From Tubiluchus corallicola (Eukaryota > Animalia > Priapulida), in contig JAQGDQ010001058.1 of the NCBI GenBank assembly GCA_030141605.1, forward strand, positions 2,669 through 66,668: a stretch of 64,000 nucleotides of DNA, written 5' to 3'. Positions 1 to 14,600 of the stretch are shown piece by piece. The position numbers and the translations under genes are program-made. The notes beneath the pieces are model-generated. The model was not told where the DNA came from and ran no database searches. It saw nothing but the letters and a program-made list of their open reading frames with translations. The number at the start of each line of letters is the position of its first letter. Position 1 is the stretch's first letter.

Positions 1-426
1 AACAAAAACTTTTAAATACGGACAAGTCATCATACTTCCGCTTACACGATTGTTCTTTTAATGTAAATACGTGCATACAATATTATAGTACTACTAATAT
101 AATACTGTCATTATACGTGATAAATACTTACAATTACGATTGTATTCATGTAATTCAATATTTCATTTCTTCATTTCGTTTAGTGTGCAAAATGTTTAGC
201 CTTAGGCATTATTATGTGCGAAATCCTGCAAAATCAACTTAAATCGGCGATATTTTTCAAATTGTGTAGAAAATTTTTGATTCCAATGATATTTGTATGT
301 ATACCAGCATGAGCTACTTAGCACTGAAACGAATAAATAAATTAATTAGCCTCAGTTGCTGAAAATTTAGTTCTCTAAAGAACGGATTTTTGGTAATCTG
401 GCATTGCTAATGAACCACAGGATTTA

Positions 427-790
427 ATAAGTCTTTTCACAGTTTCGGTGTGCTCATGCGCAGTTGTTGTAGGTCAAAGGTTTCATGTACCACAGCAACG
501 TGTCTTAACTATAACATTAATATGACGCGTGGGTAAAGCAAAACCGTCTGCCGCATCAGTTCAGTGACTTCAGTGGACTTTTCTTAACTATGCATTATTC
601 TGCGCGTAGAATGATTTATTAGCAAGATCTTGCTTAGGAACAAGAAAAAATAAACTAGTTAAAACTGATACTGTTACAATAGCATGAGCCGCGAGGCTTT
701 GTCAAGTGTACACAAATGTGTTATCTGTTACACTTAACTTTTGACTTTTTCACGATCATCATCAATCGCTAGAACTGTGAAAAGGCTTAA
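427..790. mobile_element. Non-autonomous TIR element, family C
   Basis: Termini AATAAGTCTTTTCACAGTT...AACTGTGAAAAGGCTTAA; homologous copies at 25566, 27391, 38713 and a broken copy at 55326/56340. Superfamily not assigned. Confidence 0.75.
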
Positions 791-1273
791 TACAGTTTTG
801 TTACGACACGATGCGCTTTTTGCGATGGATATCATGCTGTTAAGACACGAACAAAAGATTTAATCAAAAGTAGCTAATCAGGTGGTGACGCCATTTTGTT
901 TGACTTACCGACACTTACAAGTGGGCGAATCTCTCTGCAGAAGCCAGTGATATTTTTATTACTAAATATCATCATTTAAAAACTACCATCGCATCTCTTT
1001 GAACATCACCTTTTTCTAATCTCACACTGGAGAAGACATCGAAAATGAATTGCAACGCTTTTTTTTCGCGAAGCCACGTTGATATCAAGTCTATCAAGTT
1101 TGTTGCCGATGCTGGGATCGTAGTTTAGAAATGGAAAACCACATCGTATACAACAACGACATCATTGACAACTGTGACATTCAAAACTAGACTAGTTCTT
1201 TTTTATATACGTATAAAACTCTTTAATAAGAAAATTTTATGTGTTCAGATGATATTAAAATCATGCTATTTAA

Positions 1274-1949
1274 AGGACAAGAAAAGTGGTACCTGAAGTA
1301 GGTTTCAGGAAAATCGCCTTAAAATTATACTACTTCACAGCAATTTTATGCACATATCGTAGTCGCTAAGAAAGGAATTTTTGTTTGTTTTCATTTTAAA
1401 TTTCCCACAATACTGTTCCGACGGCGCCATTACATGACGTCACTACGCAAACGTAAATCGTAGGAAGAAAAGGAAATGTTAAAATAATTATGTCCCAAAA
1501 AACTTTCCGTGCAAGTCCATATTACTTAGCATCTTGCTTACCTGCTGGAAGGACTTGTGTAACTAGAAATAGTAATTTAAAATGTAAAATGGGCCAATTG
1601 GTAAAATGTCGCTGACTCACCCTCCAGGGTGCACCGCTCACTAGCCAAAAACGTATTTTTAATCTTATTGACAAGATACAGTAATTTAACATTTTACTTA
1701 GTTAGCAACAAGTGTGCTACGGATGCTCTGATTATTTTTTCAAACTTTGCTCATTGTTATCTAAACATGTTTCAACGACCTACCATTAAAATGGCTGCGC
1801 CTAACGGTCAGTGAGTGACTTCAGATTACAAGTTTTATATAGCATTACGGCCAACGCAAGCCCTGCATGCAAAAAGGAAGCACGCAAATAGTATAAAATT
1901 TCGAGACTATTTTTTTAAACTTTATGTAAGTGGAGGGTTTTCTTGTGCT
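1274..1949 (+). mobile_element. Kolobok-like non-autonomous DNA transposon, family A
   Basis: TTAA|AGGACAAGAAAA...TTTTCTTGTGCT|TTAA: TTAA target duplication, RR..YY termini, about 12-bp imperfect TIR; three copies in window. Confidence 0.78.
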
Positions 1950-2068
1950 TTAAGAGTTACTGCTGCAACGTTTACTGCACGTCTTTATAGAGTAATTATA
2001 TTAATGGTATGATAAATTGACTGCGTCTTGTATACAACAATGGTATCAGAAAACTGTTTCCCTTAAAG

Positions 2069-3285
2069 TACGATTGCAGTGCTTCTGGCATGTGTGTAAA
2101 CCTATCTACGATTGCAGTGTTTCTGGCATGTGTGTAAACCTATCTACGATTGCAGTACTTCTGGCATGTGTGTAAACCTATCTACGATTGCAGTACTTCT
2201 GGCATGTGTGTAAATCTATCTACGATTGCAGTACTTCTGGCAGGTGTGTAAATCTATCTACGATTGCAGTACTTCTGGCATGTGTGTAAACCTATCTACC
2301 ATTGCAGTGCTTCTGGCATGTGTGTCAACCTATCTACGATTGCAGTACTTCTGGCATGTGCGTAAACCTATCTACGATTGCAGTACTTCTGGCATGTGTG
2401 TAAATCTATCTACGATTGCAGTACTTCTGGCAGGTGTGTAAATCTATCTACGATTGCAGTACTTCTGGCATGTGTGTAAACCTATCTACCATTGCAGTGC
2501 TTCTGGCATGTGTGTCAACCTATCTACGATTGCAGTACTTCTGGCATGTGCGTAAACCTATCTACGATTGCAGTACTTCTGGCATGTGTGTAAACCTATC
2601 TACGATTGCTGTGCTTCTGGCAGGTGTGTAAACTTATCTACGATTGCAGTGCTTCTGGCATGTGTGTAAACCTATTTACGATTGCAGTGCTTCTGGCATG
2701 TGTGTAAACCTATCTACGATTGCAATGTTTCCGGCATATGTATAAACCTATCTACGATTGCAATGTTTCTGGCAGGTATGTAAACCTATCTACGATTGCA
2801 GTACTTCTGACATGTGCGTAAACCTATCTACGATTGCAGTACTTCTGGCATGTGTGTAAACCTATCTACGATTGCAGTACTTCTGGCATGTGTGTAAACC
2901 TATCTACGATTGCAGTACTTCTGGCATGTGTGTAAACCTATCTACGATTGCTGTGCTTCTGGCAGGTGTGTAAACCTATCTACGACTGCAATGTTTCTGG
3001 CATATGTATAAACCTATCTACGATTGCAATGTTTCTGGCATATGTGTAAACCTATCTACGATTGCAGTACTTCTGGCATGTGTGTAAACCTATCTACGAT
3101 TGCAGTGCTTCTAGCATGTATGTAAGCCTAACTACGATTGCAGTGCTTCTGGCATGTGTGTAAACCTAACTACGATTGCAGTGCTTCTGGCATGTGTGTA
3201 AACCTATCTCCGATTGCAGTACTTCTGGCATGTATGTAAACCTATCTACGATTGCAGTACTTCTAGCATGTATGCAAACCTATCT
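2069..3285. repeat. 38-bp minisatellite, about 32 copies
   Basis: Unit TACGATTGCAGTACTTCTGGCATGTGTGTAAACCTATC; includes a 190-bp (5-unit) higher-order duplication. Confidence 0.97.
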
Positions 3286-3859
3286 TTACCACATTTTAGT
3301 CATATTCGCAGAAGATCATGTTATAACGTTCGAAATAGGTTAATTCTGAACACTGGCAATAGTATTATAACTGCTATTATTAACTCACATAGACTTGTTA
3401 AATCTTGCTTTTTTGTGAAATGGAACGAATTATTACATAATTAGCCTTTAAAATTTATTTAGCTTTTAATTTACTAACCCTGCATATAATTATATTTACT
3501 CTTGTAATTTTTATTTCATTGTATTTTATTTCGTTTTAGTACCGTCTTTGTATTTTATTTGGTCTTAGTTACCGAAATAAAAACTTGAATTGAATTGAAT
3601 TAGATTGTATAAACAACGGAGGGGGGCACAGAGATACAGTTTCTCCTTTACTTGATGTCAAATGCCAATGTGAAATACCTTTTTTCCTAAACGATAGGAA
3701 AATTTAAAGTATAAATTTAAGCTTTTGTATTAATTAGCAATTAAACCGATCAATTTAAGACGTTTGCAATTAAAACTTTAAGTATTCTTAGTTTCTAAAT
3801 TAATAGATCGTAGTTAATTGCGTCTAATTTTGACTATGAATTTAATCAAAACGTTATTA

Positions 3860-4795
3860 TTATTATTTAATGACGACAAAACTGATTTTATAATTTTTGG
3901 AAGTAAAAACCAATTATCAAAAGTTAAGCAGTCTTCTGTCCTTGTGGGCACTAATCTAATTGCGGTGTGAGATATAGTGAAAAGCTTGGAGTCATTCTAG
4001 ATCATCATTTAACTATGTCTACCAATATTAATAATGTGTGCAAAACTTCATATTTCTATTTAAGAAACATTTCTAAAATTAGTCCTTGTTTATCAAAACC
4101 AGCCAGTGAAACTCTTATCCACGCGTTTGTCAGTTCTCGATTAGACTATTGTAATAGCACACTTTTTGGTATTCCTCAATATCAGATTGATAAACTGCTA
4201 CATGTACACAACACAGCGGCCCGAATTATTACTCGTAAATATGATCACATAACTCATGTTCTCATGCAATTGCATTGGTTGCCCGTTTCTTTCAAAATAA
4301 AGTAAAAAAATCTCTTTTTAACATTCAAAGCTCTTAAAGGTTTAACCTTATATCAATTTTAATTCATCAACCTTGTTGTACCGCGTTATAATCTAGTCAC
4401 ATCTGGTTCTCATAGTTTTAGCATAGCGGCACCAAAATTATGAAATGATTTACCAGTTCATGCACGATAATCAATATTGTTCAAATGTTCAAATCATTCC
4501 TTAAAACTTCTTTTTATAAAGAAGCCTTTTTAATTAATTATATATTTAATATGGACTTATGGATTTAATTATGACTAATTTCTAGTGATTTTTATATACA
4601 TATATTATGATTTTAGTTTTATCTATAATGGCCAATTGTGTATGTACTGTTCATGCGTTAATATTTTATGTATGTAAAATGCATTTGTCCATTTTTAATC
4701 TTAATGCATTTTAAATGTTCAATAAACTATTATTATTTTTATTATTATTGTTGTTGTTGTTGTTGTTATTATTATTATAATTATTATTATTATTA
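3860..4795 (+). mobile_element. Decayed L2/CR1-group LINE 3' fragment with (TAT)n tail
   Basis: Translates to LNDDKTDFIIFG...KLGVILD...ETLIHAFVSSRLDYCNS...AARII...HIT..L..LHWLPV..IK, the typical post-RT region of L2-group LINEs; contains stops/frameshifts; AATAAA and TAT repeats follow at 4721-4795. Confidence 0.88.
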
Positions 4796-5655
4796 AGTAT
4801 ATTTATAAAATATACATTATTTCATAAAAGACAAGACTGGCAGGCTATGTTAGCTCTTACGCCAGCCTATATTGCTAAGTGGCAAAATTAAAATACATCA
4901 GTTTACATTGGATAAAATTTGCATTACTTACATTAAAAATACGATAAAATATAACACCGATAAAATATAAACAAAATGTTAATTTACCAAAATTGCGAGT
5001 GATCAATGAAGTAGGGTAATAATGTTTTATAGAAATATATCAAATTTGCAATATTTTAACAAGCAAGTTACGGCTGGCTTCCTAGTAAAAACTGACATGG
5101 ATGAATTGACAAGGTCATACCTATTACTACAAATCGTTCTGTTTGAAAATCATATTTATGCAAATTCGACATAAACATAATCATAGACACAAATTAATTT
5201 GCAAAACATGCGACCACGCCTTCTTACCTGTGACAATGATCCATGAGTTTGTTGACCTTTGACACCATATTGCTAGAAGATTCTTTTTTCGTTTTTGTGG
5301 AAATTATAGAACCGGCTTCTCCTCTTGTGAACAACGCTGAACGCTCAAATTCGCCTCAAATACGATCTTTGCTTAACAATTCAATGTCCTCTTTGTTTTT
5401 TTAGAATCAACTGTTTCAGAAAACGTTTTTATAGGAATAATATTAGGGACCTTTAGTTCCAAAAATGCTGCTAGTGAACAGGTATCGTGTGAATTACGCG
5501 CGCAGAACCAAGCTAATATGATCGTCTGCTTTTATGCTTGTATTGTCTAGGGAACTTTGCACTGCGCATGCTCACAAGTCTCACTAGGCGTGGGAGAACA
5601 ACCAACTGCGATTCTTGCGAAAGTGGGACGAAAACTAGCAGAAGTGTACATACTG

Positions 5656-5930
<275 letters not shown>

Positions 5931-5990
5931 CGATCTCGTTAACTCCTACCTCCTCATTCTCTTATCTTTTCGCCGCTCTCTTCTAATTTA

Positions 5991-6284
5991 AGTGGCCGAG
6001 TGGTCTAGGCAGCAGGTTGTTCGATGGTGGACACTCGGGTTCGACTCCCACAGCTGTCAATGCTAGGGCATATAACTTATTTATGTCATCTGTCTATCGT
6101 TTCCACTTATTGTTATAAGTGAATCCGAAGTTAACCTACTATGGTTAATTATATTATGGTATATTAGCCAATTTAAATATTTATAAAACTAGGTAGGTTA
6201 TTATATTCATCTGGAAATTCAACTAAACCTTTTTGTCTTATAAAATCCCGCAACAGCAACAACAACAACAACAACAGCAACAGC

Positions 6285-6357
<73 letters not shown>

Positions 6358-6401
6358 GCAGCAGCAGCAGCAGCAGCTACAACAACAACAACAACAACAG
6401 C
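5991..6401 (+). mobile_element. tRNA-derived SINE-like element ending in a (CAA)n tract
   Basis: A box TGGCCGAGTGG, B box GGTTCGACTCC, tRNA-like 3' end CCCACAGCTGTCA; the 5' acceptor strand is missing so it is not an intact tRNA; (CAA)n at 6250-6401. Confidence 0.6.
6250..6401. repeat. (CAA/CAG)n microsatellite
   Basis: Directly visible. Confidence 0.98.
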
Positions 6402-7358
6402 AAAATTCTCTAATCAAAACATTCTCTCTTTTTCTTGGCCTCCTGATATGGACTGCTTTTGTCGGGACTAGAAGAACTAAGAGATTATATGTCGTTTACC
6501 ATGCAGCTCCTATTAAAATGAGAATTTTATGAAAAAATGCGAGAATCTTTGTTCTCTTGAGGACAGATTAACAAACATTCTAGACCGAGCCAAAAGCAGT
6601 GCAGTAGTTAGACAGCTCTGCTATGGATAATTATGATTTATGATGATCTAAAAATAGAAGCTCTATCTGTTTCTCTTTTACTATCTTAATAATGTCTCAT
6701 TACTTGAATTTGCTGTTTGACTGCATGCTGCCAACGCGTCACTGTCACTTTTCTCCAAAAAGTGCAACTTACTGAGTAAAACGCAAGACTCAAAAACATC
6801 AGGGTATAACGGAGCAATTCACTGTAATGAATGGCATTTTGAAAGTTTTTTTTTCTTAGTATAACCTACAAATGAGCCTATAGCTAGGCGTCAAGTCACG
6901 TGATGTGGTTCATTCGCTTCTTCGTGATCTTAAATTTACAGAAATATTCAGAGGCAGTATAATTATTTTAAACGTTTGCTTTATAGGCAGTTCTTTGTTA
7001 GAGTTTTGTAAGTTTAAGTGATAACAATAAAATAAACCCATCGTGCTAGGGGTGACTTGTCCTTTCCTTTAAACGTTGTTAGGCAGTGCAGACTGCAGAG
7101 ACTTTTGTACATCATCTGGGCGGATCAGTTCTACAAAGCTTAATATCCTGACTTATTGTCAAGATCCCAATATTTAATTAACAACTAGAATCCGCTGAAA
7201 CTGTTGTGATTTGTAACAAAAAACAGGTGATGAAGCTTTATTGCTGCAGCTTCCGTGAAAATCTCAAGCAGAAAGAGGATTAGTTCAGTTAGTTCATTAA
7301 AAATGTCTCCCTGTGAAAGATGAACTTTGATAAAACGTTTTTTCTTTCATAGGTGCGT

Positions 7359-7364
7359 CTGTGA

Positions 7365-7400
<36 letters not shown>

Positions 7401-7502
7401 GTGTGTGTGTGTGCGTGCACGTGTGCGTGTGTGTGTGTGTGTGTTGGTGTGTGTGTGTGTGTGTTGGTGTGTGTGTGTGTTGGTGTGTGTGTGTGTGTGT
7501 GT
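7359..7502. repeat. (GT)n microsatellite
   Basis: Directly visible, interrupted. Confidence 0.97.
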
Positions 7503-7916
7503 GCATGCATGAGAGCGTGTAATTGCTCGGGGTAAAAAGATGTGCGAGTTTATCTTCCTCGATGTCAGCTATTTCAAAATTGTGTTAAATTTAGATTTAT
7601 TTTGTGATCTTGTTCGTGATCTTAAATTTACAAAAGTATAGAGAAAAATTAATGTTCATTTAGTCTATCTGTTTTTTCTTCACCACATGACCATCTTCAT
7701 AAACGGTTCTTCCTCCTTACAACAAAACTGAATTCACGATTCAGTTTCTTATTTTGCTCTATTTTCTGTTATTCGGGCTAACGTAACTTATTTTCGTTGC
7801 ATTCTATTTTGCTTTTGCTCAAATGGTAGGCCTAATTGGCTTGCTGGGCTAAGTATACCTCATGATTATGACAAGTGGTCATTTGGTAGACCCAAGCATT
7901 ACCTTGGTGTAATGAT

Positions 7917-8273
7917 GAGGCATGAGCATTCTCTTTCAGAAAGCGAATTTGAATCGAGTCGAATTTGTGAGTCTCGAATTTGAATCAGACCAAATGTCAG
8001 GATTGCGAATTCGTATCGACTTAGGTTGAGTTTTCGAGCCGCAAGTAAGAAGCGATCTTACAATGACCACGCATATTACTCGATTTTGTTCTACAGTAAT
8101 TTGTTTAGAAATTGTGTACAGAAATCACAATTAAACTGTACTAATTATATGATGTTTCAAACGTTTTAATGATAAAGAACGTATGCAGTTGAAGTGCTGA
8201 ATTATTCGAATTATTGAAATCTATAATAATTTTAGGTTCGAATCAAATTCGAGTGTTCGATACTCGTGCCTTA
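7917..8273 (-). mobile_element. hAT-like MITE family D, degenerate inverted copy
   Basis: Reverse-complement similarity to 9369-9740, with TTCGAA-rich subterminal motifs. Confidence 0.7.
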
Positions 8274-8303
8274 TAACTATGATGATGATGATGATAACAA
8301 CAT

Positions 8304-8345
<42 letters not shown>

Positions 8346-8655
8346 AATTCGATGTTGTCGATAATAATTATTCGATAATAATTCCTGGTGTACATGTGAG
8401 TTCGTCAGACTCAATGAGTTACTTATGATTATGAAAATTTTTGTTCACCAAAAAGCGGAACCGTGCCAGAGCGCGGCTGAGCGCCTTCATATAAGCTTTT
8501 TAAATTTACTAAAAGCTTGTAGATGGCGCTACAGCGCTACATTGAAACACGCGATTGAGCAAAGTAGATTTTCTCAGGGAATCAGCGTGGGCCACAGCGT
8601 CCAAGAGCCCAGAGCAGTAAAGTTGAGTAAATATTTTAAATTGCTCGGCAGGTAA

Positions 8656-11600
8656 ATGTCAAATATGAGTGCTCAGATTTTGAGGACATTGCTAGATTCA
8701 TTGCCTAATTTATTCGGTTTATCGCAGAACGAGTTGATAAAATGGATGGTATATCTTGAAATCGTGACGACTGCTATTCTTATTCCTGTACTTAAGGTTT
8801 GTTATAACTATAAGTGTGATTTCAGGTTTTGTGGCTTTTTTTCTGTAGCTCATTATATTCAGTATTAGTAGCCTAGGCAATCTAATCGCTTAGAACTTAG
8901 GAAATTAGAAGTTTTTTTGAAACTTGCACGGTAATTTCTGACCATTGTAGTCATATAGTTAGAGTAGTCAGAGCATTGGCCTGGCGTCATTGACAGGAAT
9001 TCCACTGATAGCTTTATCCGAGCTATCTTTTCTGCTTTTGCAATGTGATATTTTTGAATTTGCTACAATCTTATTGCTATGTTTAAAAAGGGTAGGCTTA
9101 CACAAGAAGTTACTTCTTCAGTTTGAAGCTTTATCATAATCGAGGGTCGTGTGGTCACCAGAGTTTTCAAAAACACAGCAAATTTGTTAGTTGTTTGAAC
9201 TTCGTGCAAGAATCCTAGATTTTTTTAGGTGTATCGCATTGATCTACATCACTAACTCTCTGATTCTTAGATATGTCTTTGCTTTAGTACCAATTATTCC
9301 TGTGAATACCATAATTACAGAAATTAATAAAAATTATGATACACACTAGTTTTGTATGTAGTACAAATTAGGGGTGAGAATCGAATTTGAACGCGTTTTT
9401 TAACTCAAATCCGATTCAAACCTAAAATTATAAATTCAAATAATTCAGCACTTCAACCACATGTTCTTTTGTCATTAAAATGTTTTAAACATCATGCAAC
9501 TAGCACAATTTAGTAGCGATATTTGTGCGCAATTTTTAAACTAATATTAGTGGACCAAAATCGAGTAATAGGGCCTATGCATGACTTTTGTAAAACTGCT
9601 TTTTACTGAGGGTTCGAAAACTTGTTCGAAAATTTTTCAAACCCATTTCGAAATCGAAATACTGAAGTTTGGTTTGATTCGATTTCGAAAGTCACAAATT
9701 CGATTCGAATTCGATTTTTGGTGGAGAATGCTCACCCCTAGTACAAATAAAGTTAGCCTGTTTTTCAAACAAACTTGAAATGAATTAAATTATAATTTTC
9801 TGTTTACAGTGTATACCACCTCCCTATGGTCGCCATGGTGCTAACTGGGGCATTCCTATTAATGCCAAGGTCGCTTGGATTATTCAAGAAATGCCCTGTT
9901 TCTTAGTCGTTTCGGTTTACCTGATGACAGAGTGGTCCAACATTTTGCTAGTCAATAAAATACTTCTGTTTTTATTTTTTGTACACTATTTTCAGAGGTA
10001 AGTATGTGTAAATTACTGTGCAACAGAGCAATCCTTTCGTGTTTAATCTTATGACTTACTGTTACTGTTACTAGACAATTTGGTAATTTTAAGTCAATTT
10101 ATTTTATAGTTAAAGACCTACATGTTCGCAAAAAACTTCGTGCATTTTTACACATTTAATGTAATATGCAGAAAAGCCTTTAACCCTTTCATTACATAGT
10201 TGCTTTTTAACTGGGCCAAATTAACTTTTGCACATTTGACAATAACTTCTTGTGATGTGTTACTAAAACGGAATCTTATAAATAAACAAATAGTTGTTCG
10301 TTATTGAGTACTGATAATAAATACCATTTATATAGTTTTATTTCTACATATGCACACTCATACGAGCACACGTACATGCACACACACGAACGTGCAGACC
10401 CTCGTAAATAAGCATGTACTTATATTTAGGAACCAGTTTTCACAAAAAATATGCAATCGTTTTGTAAGAATGCAGAATAATCAACAGAATGCACGTTTTG
10501 CCAACGATCTACAAGTGATTTTGCATGGGAACATACCATACAGTATTGTGGAATGCACCTGGCTTCAGATGCTGATTGACTGGTTAGCATTGCTTGTTGT
10601 GAAGGAACCCTAATCCCACAGCTGTCAAATTTTTCTACAATGTTTTTGCATGCCCATAACAGTGAAATAAACAGACCTGGGTAACTGTGCTTAGTGCTAA
10701 GCTCGGGCGGCAGTCTACCACCTTCCATCCGTTACATGAAAAACATAGGCAGCATTGTTCCGCCTTCCATAGTGAAAAGGTTAAATGCTGTTTTCCTCTA
10801 TGTATATTATTACATCACCCGCTACCTCAATCACCTTTTTCATGTGCTTTACTTTTTTACAGGACATTTATTTATCCCGTATTAATCCGAGGAGGAAAGC
10901 CGACTCCACTTCTCACATTGTGTGCTGCATTTTTCTACTGTTTCTACAATAGTTATATAATCAGTGTCTACTTTTCCAAGCACTATGATGGTAGATCTGT
11001 GCCCGTTTTCAGGTTTATTAGTGGTGAGTTTGTCATAGTTTTAGTAAATAGTTTCATTTCTCTAGTGGAAAGATTATTATAATGTTATTGGGGCCTTTTG
11101 TAACAGTTGTCATCCACAATCGTTTTGTAGTACATTGGGTTGGTGAAAATATACTGAACTGTAAGTATAGAGTTCAAGTCTGTTTATTTTAAGATAAATC
11201 GCTTTTCTTTTTTGACTGTTCCAACCACTACACATTGATAAGAGATGACCTTTTCCAGTTAACCCAAACTTTGAAGCAGCTTAAAGCCTGCATTGCCAGA
11301 CTCAGAGTGTTTACAGAGTGACTGGACGAAAGTTGCTACCCCTTGTGTCAGTTTTTTCATTACATTTTTAACTAGGTGACATTCCTGAGGTATATTTGGT
11401 ACAAACAATTTCTAAGTCAATGTCCTAGTGGCGACAGTTTGTGCAAAATAAGAAGCAGGAAATACTTCAGAAAAAAAAGAGAAATCAATAACCCTATAAC
11501 ACTCTTATTGTTAGAGTAATCAGGGGTGTTTTATGCTAAAACTTTGGATTTAAAGGAAAACTCAAGTCTTCTTGGAAGTTAGGCTTATGTTAATGTTGGC

Positions 11601-14600
11601 AAAGAGTGTTAGAAGGATTTAGTAAAACTGGTGTATTAACGGCCGAGTAGCTTTGCCGCTTATGCCATAATAATCAGAACGTACACGTACATGATGCAAA
11701 AAAGAGACTATACAATAATCGATAATTATACGATAATTTAGTAACTAAAAACCAAAACTAATTTTTGCGAAACTAAAAAACAAAGCATGAAAAAATGTGC
11801 GTCGAAAAAATTGAAAACATTATTGTTAAACCAGTGGAAAATAAACTTTGGTTTCAACTGATTTTAAATATTTCACAATTCAGCTTTAAACATTCACAAA
11901 GCTTCAAAAACTTTTTTTGCTCTCTCACAACTGACATTTTTTGAGTTCATGAGGTAAGAGAGAAGCAAATTTTTTTGTTGTCGGCAAAAGACAAATGTCA
12001 GTTCAGAACTTTTTGATTTCACATGTAGTTTGGCTTGTCTAATCATTTAACATTTGAAAAATCTAGCGTAACTGATAAAGCAAAATGTTTCTTTGGATTG
12101 TTGTTACTGTGTTCAATTATTTCTTAGGCGTGGCACTTTTTATTATTGGAATGGGAATAAATATACATTCCGATTACATACTTCGGCACCTGCGGAAGGA
12201 GCATGGAGATAGTGGATACAAAATACCGAGAGGTTAGTTGTGTCTGGTAACAAAGTTTTGTTTTCTATGTAGAAATGTGGTATTTTAAAAGTAGAAAGGG
12301 TCAATGATTGCTAGTTAAACCCTTTTTTTCTGTAATTTATGTGTTAAGGTAAGTATACATGTACGTTAAAACAAGCAAGTTGGTCTAAGAGTCAAAGTAT
12401 TTGTGTTGTGGGTGAAGCTTTGGTAAAAGTGGAGCATGCTTGCCCTTGGAGGTTTAGCCTTTGTGTCTTGCCTTTTTAGATATAGCCAAAGAATCCGGGA
12501 TTTTAGTGACAATATTTATTGTTGTTTGTTCTACGTTTGGTGTAAGAATCAAAGAATTTGATGTGGGTGAAGCTTTGGTAAAAGTGTAACATGTTTGCGC
12601 CGTCGGATGTTGAGTCTTAAAGAATATCCAAAAAATCTGTGATTTTTGTGACAACATTTATGTCTATTTGTGTGCTTCCATAGCAATATCGTCCATAAGT
12701 CGGCAGTTAAGTTTTTCTAGTTATTCACATATCCTGAATCTCCATTTCATGAGGATCATTTTGATACCAAGGTCATCACTCTATGTTATTTCTAAGTTGA
12801 GATAATCCATGTTGTAGTTGAGGTGCAGGCTGTGCACTGGAAAACTTAACCTTGAGAAAATCGGTATTAGAGTTAGCCATTGTTTTTTTGTTGCATCTCT
12901 ACAAAATACTTAGCAACCGTACAAATGGCTGGTTGCTATGGACTTTACAAGAGCACACTGATGTTATGTTTAAATCCAGTAGATGGCTCTTTATGATGAA
13001 GATCTGGGTTTGTCAACAGAAACCTGAAGCAAAATGAGTGCTTTTGGAATTTGAAAGTGCAAGTTTTTTACAATTGCTGTACTTGTTTCTAGCCGGAAAA
13101 GTGGGTATGGGGTTAAAAAATTAGATTTTTAATATTTTTTGAACATTTTCTAGTCTTTTTTTGATGCTAGAATATAAAAGTCCTATATATTTAGCATTTG
13201 TTTTTATAAAAAACAAAAAATTGACATTTGACCAAATTTTTAGTGCATTCTACTTTGAAGCATCATACCGTAGTTTGAACCTCGCCGACTTGTGGACAAT
13301 TTTTGCAAGCTCACATATAATATGTATAATGGAGATGCTAAGTTGCCAGCTTTCTGAGAACGATGCCACTTATGACACATAATAATAGTAAATGTAGTTA
13401 TGTAGTTTCTTCTAGGCTTGAACAAACTCAATGTTTTGGAGTGATATTACTTTGTTGGCCTGTAAATATCTGCATATATTACACAGCGTAATCTAGCGTA
13501 TCATAATGAAACGTACCGTAACAAGCGACAAAATATCTTATTGCGCCATGCCATAATATAGTAAACTCCGCATAACTGAAATTCAACCGAACTGAAAAGA
13601 CTTTGAGTTAGGCAACGTTGATCATTTTCTAGCACAGAAGCTCTAAACCCCTCCTCCAGATGGCGAGCCAAATAGAAGGCAGAAACTCAACCCTTCTAAA
13701 CATGAATGACGAGATTTGATGACAGTTAGACAAATAATAAATTATGTAGTGAAACACGATTTTTTTATGTTACAAAAGGACACGTACACAACACTGTTAA
13801 ACTGAAAGACATTCCCCAGTAGAATGTTTCTAAATAGTAGACAACTGAGACTCTCCCGGAAAGATCAATCCCGGAGAAAATAATCGGAGGGCGTGACTTG
13901 TAAGATATCAGAATTTTGTCAGAAGACGATACTGTTTTTTAGTTGCATGAAACTTTGTTTCTAGTGTATAAATTGCATGTAAATTACATGCATTTTGATT
14001 AAAGGGATCATAATTTTTTGTTTGAGTTAGGCAAAATTTTGAGTTAAACAATGTTTTTTGTGGGGAAAAACGAAGGATTTTATCCATTCCGCTGAAATTG
14101 TTTGAGTTATTTCGGCGAAAATTTGAGTTATGTGATATTGAGTTACGCGGAGTTTACTGTATAAGACAACACACAGTTCCCACAGTCAGGGAAAATCCTG
14201 AAAAATCCTTGAAAATACTGACTATCTTAGAGAGTCATGGAAAAGTCAGGGAAAAAGATAATTTGAGTCCGGGAAAATGGTGAAAATTGGACAGAAAGTC
14301 AGGGAAAGTGGAAAGCCGTATCCGATATTTTTTTCTAACATACTTTTCAGCAATTCCTATTCAAATTAAATTTAGCTATGGCAGGTTTCTAGTTTTAATT
14401 TCTGTTCCAAAAATACTGATTGGCCCACACATTATATATCAGTATGCATATAGATATCCATACACATAAATTGTTTGAATACGTATGCTGGTAATGCAAC
14501 TTTTGTCATGGAAAATCAATATTTGGTCAGGGAAATTTATTTTATAATTCTGTGGGAATCCTAACACCGCACATAACACGATATTTTCTCTCTCTCTAGG

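Noticed and set aside
2069-3285. CRISPR-like array (38-bp periodicity); also considered for the other arrays
   Set aside because: Head-to-tail units with no unique spacers, no cas genes, eukaryotic context.
5991-6059. Functional tRNA gene
   Set aside because: 5' acceptor strand missing and anticodon arm does not pair; better explained as a SINE head.
6173-6532. PolyQ/polyL ORFs, and similar low-complexity ORFs at 5538, 7289, 60414 and 61066
   Set aside because: Microsatellite translations without exon context.
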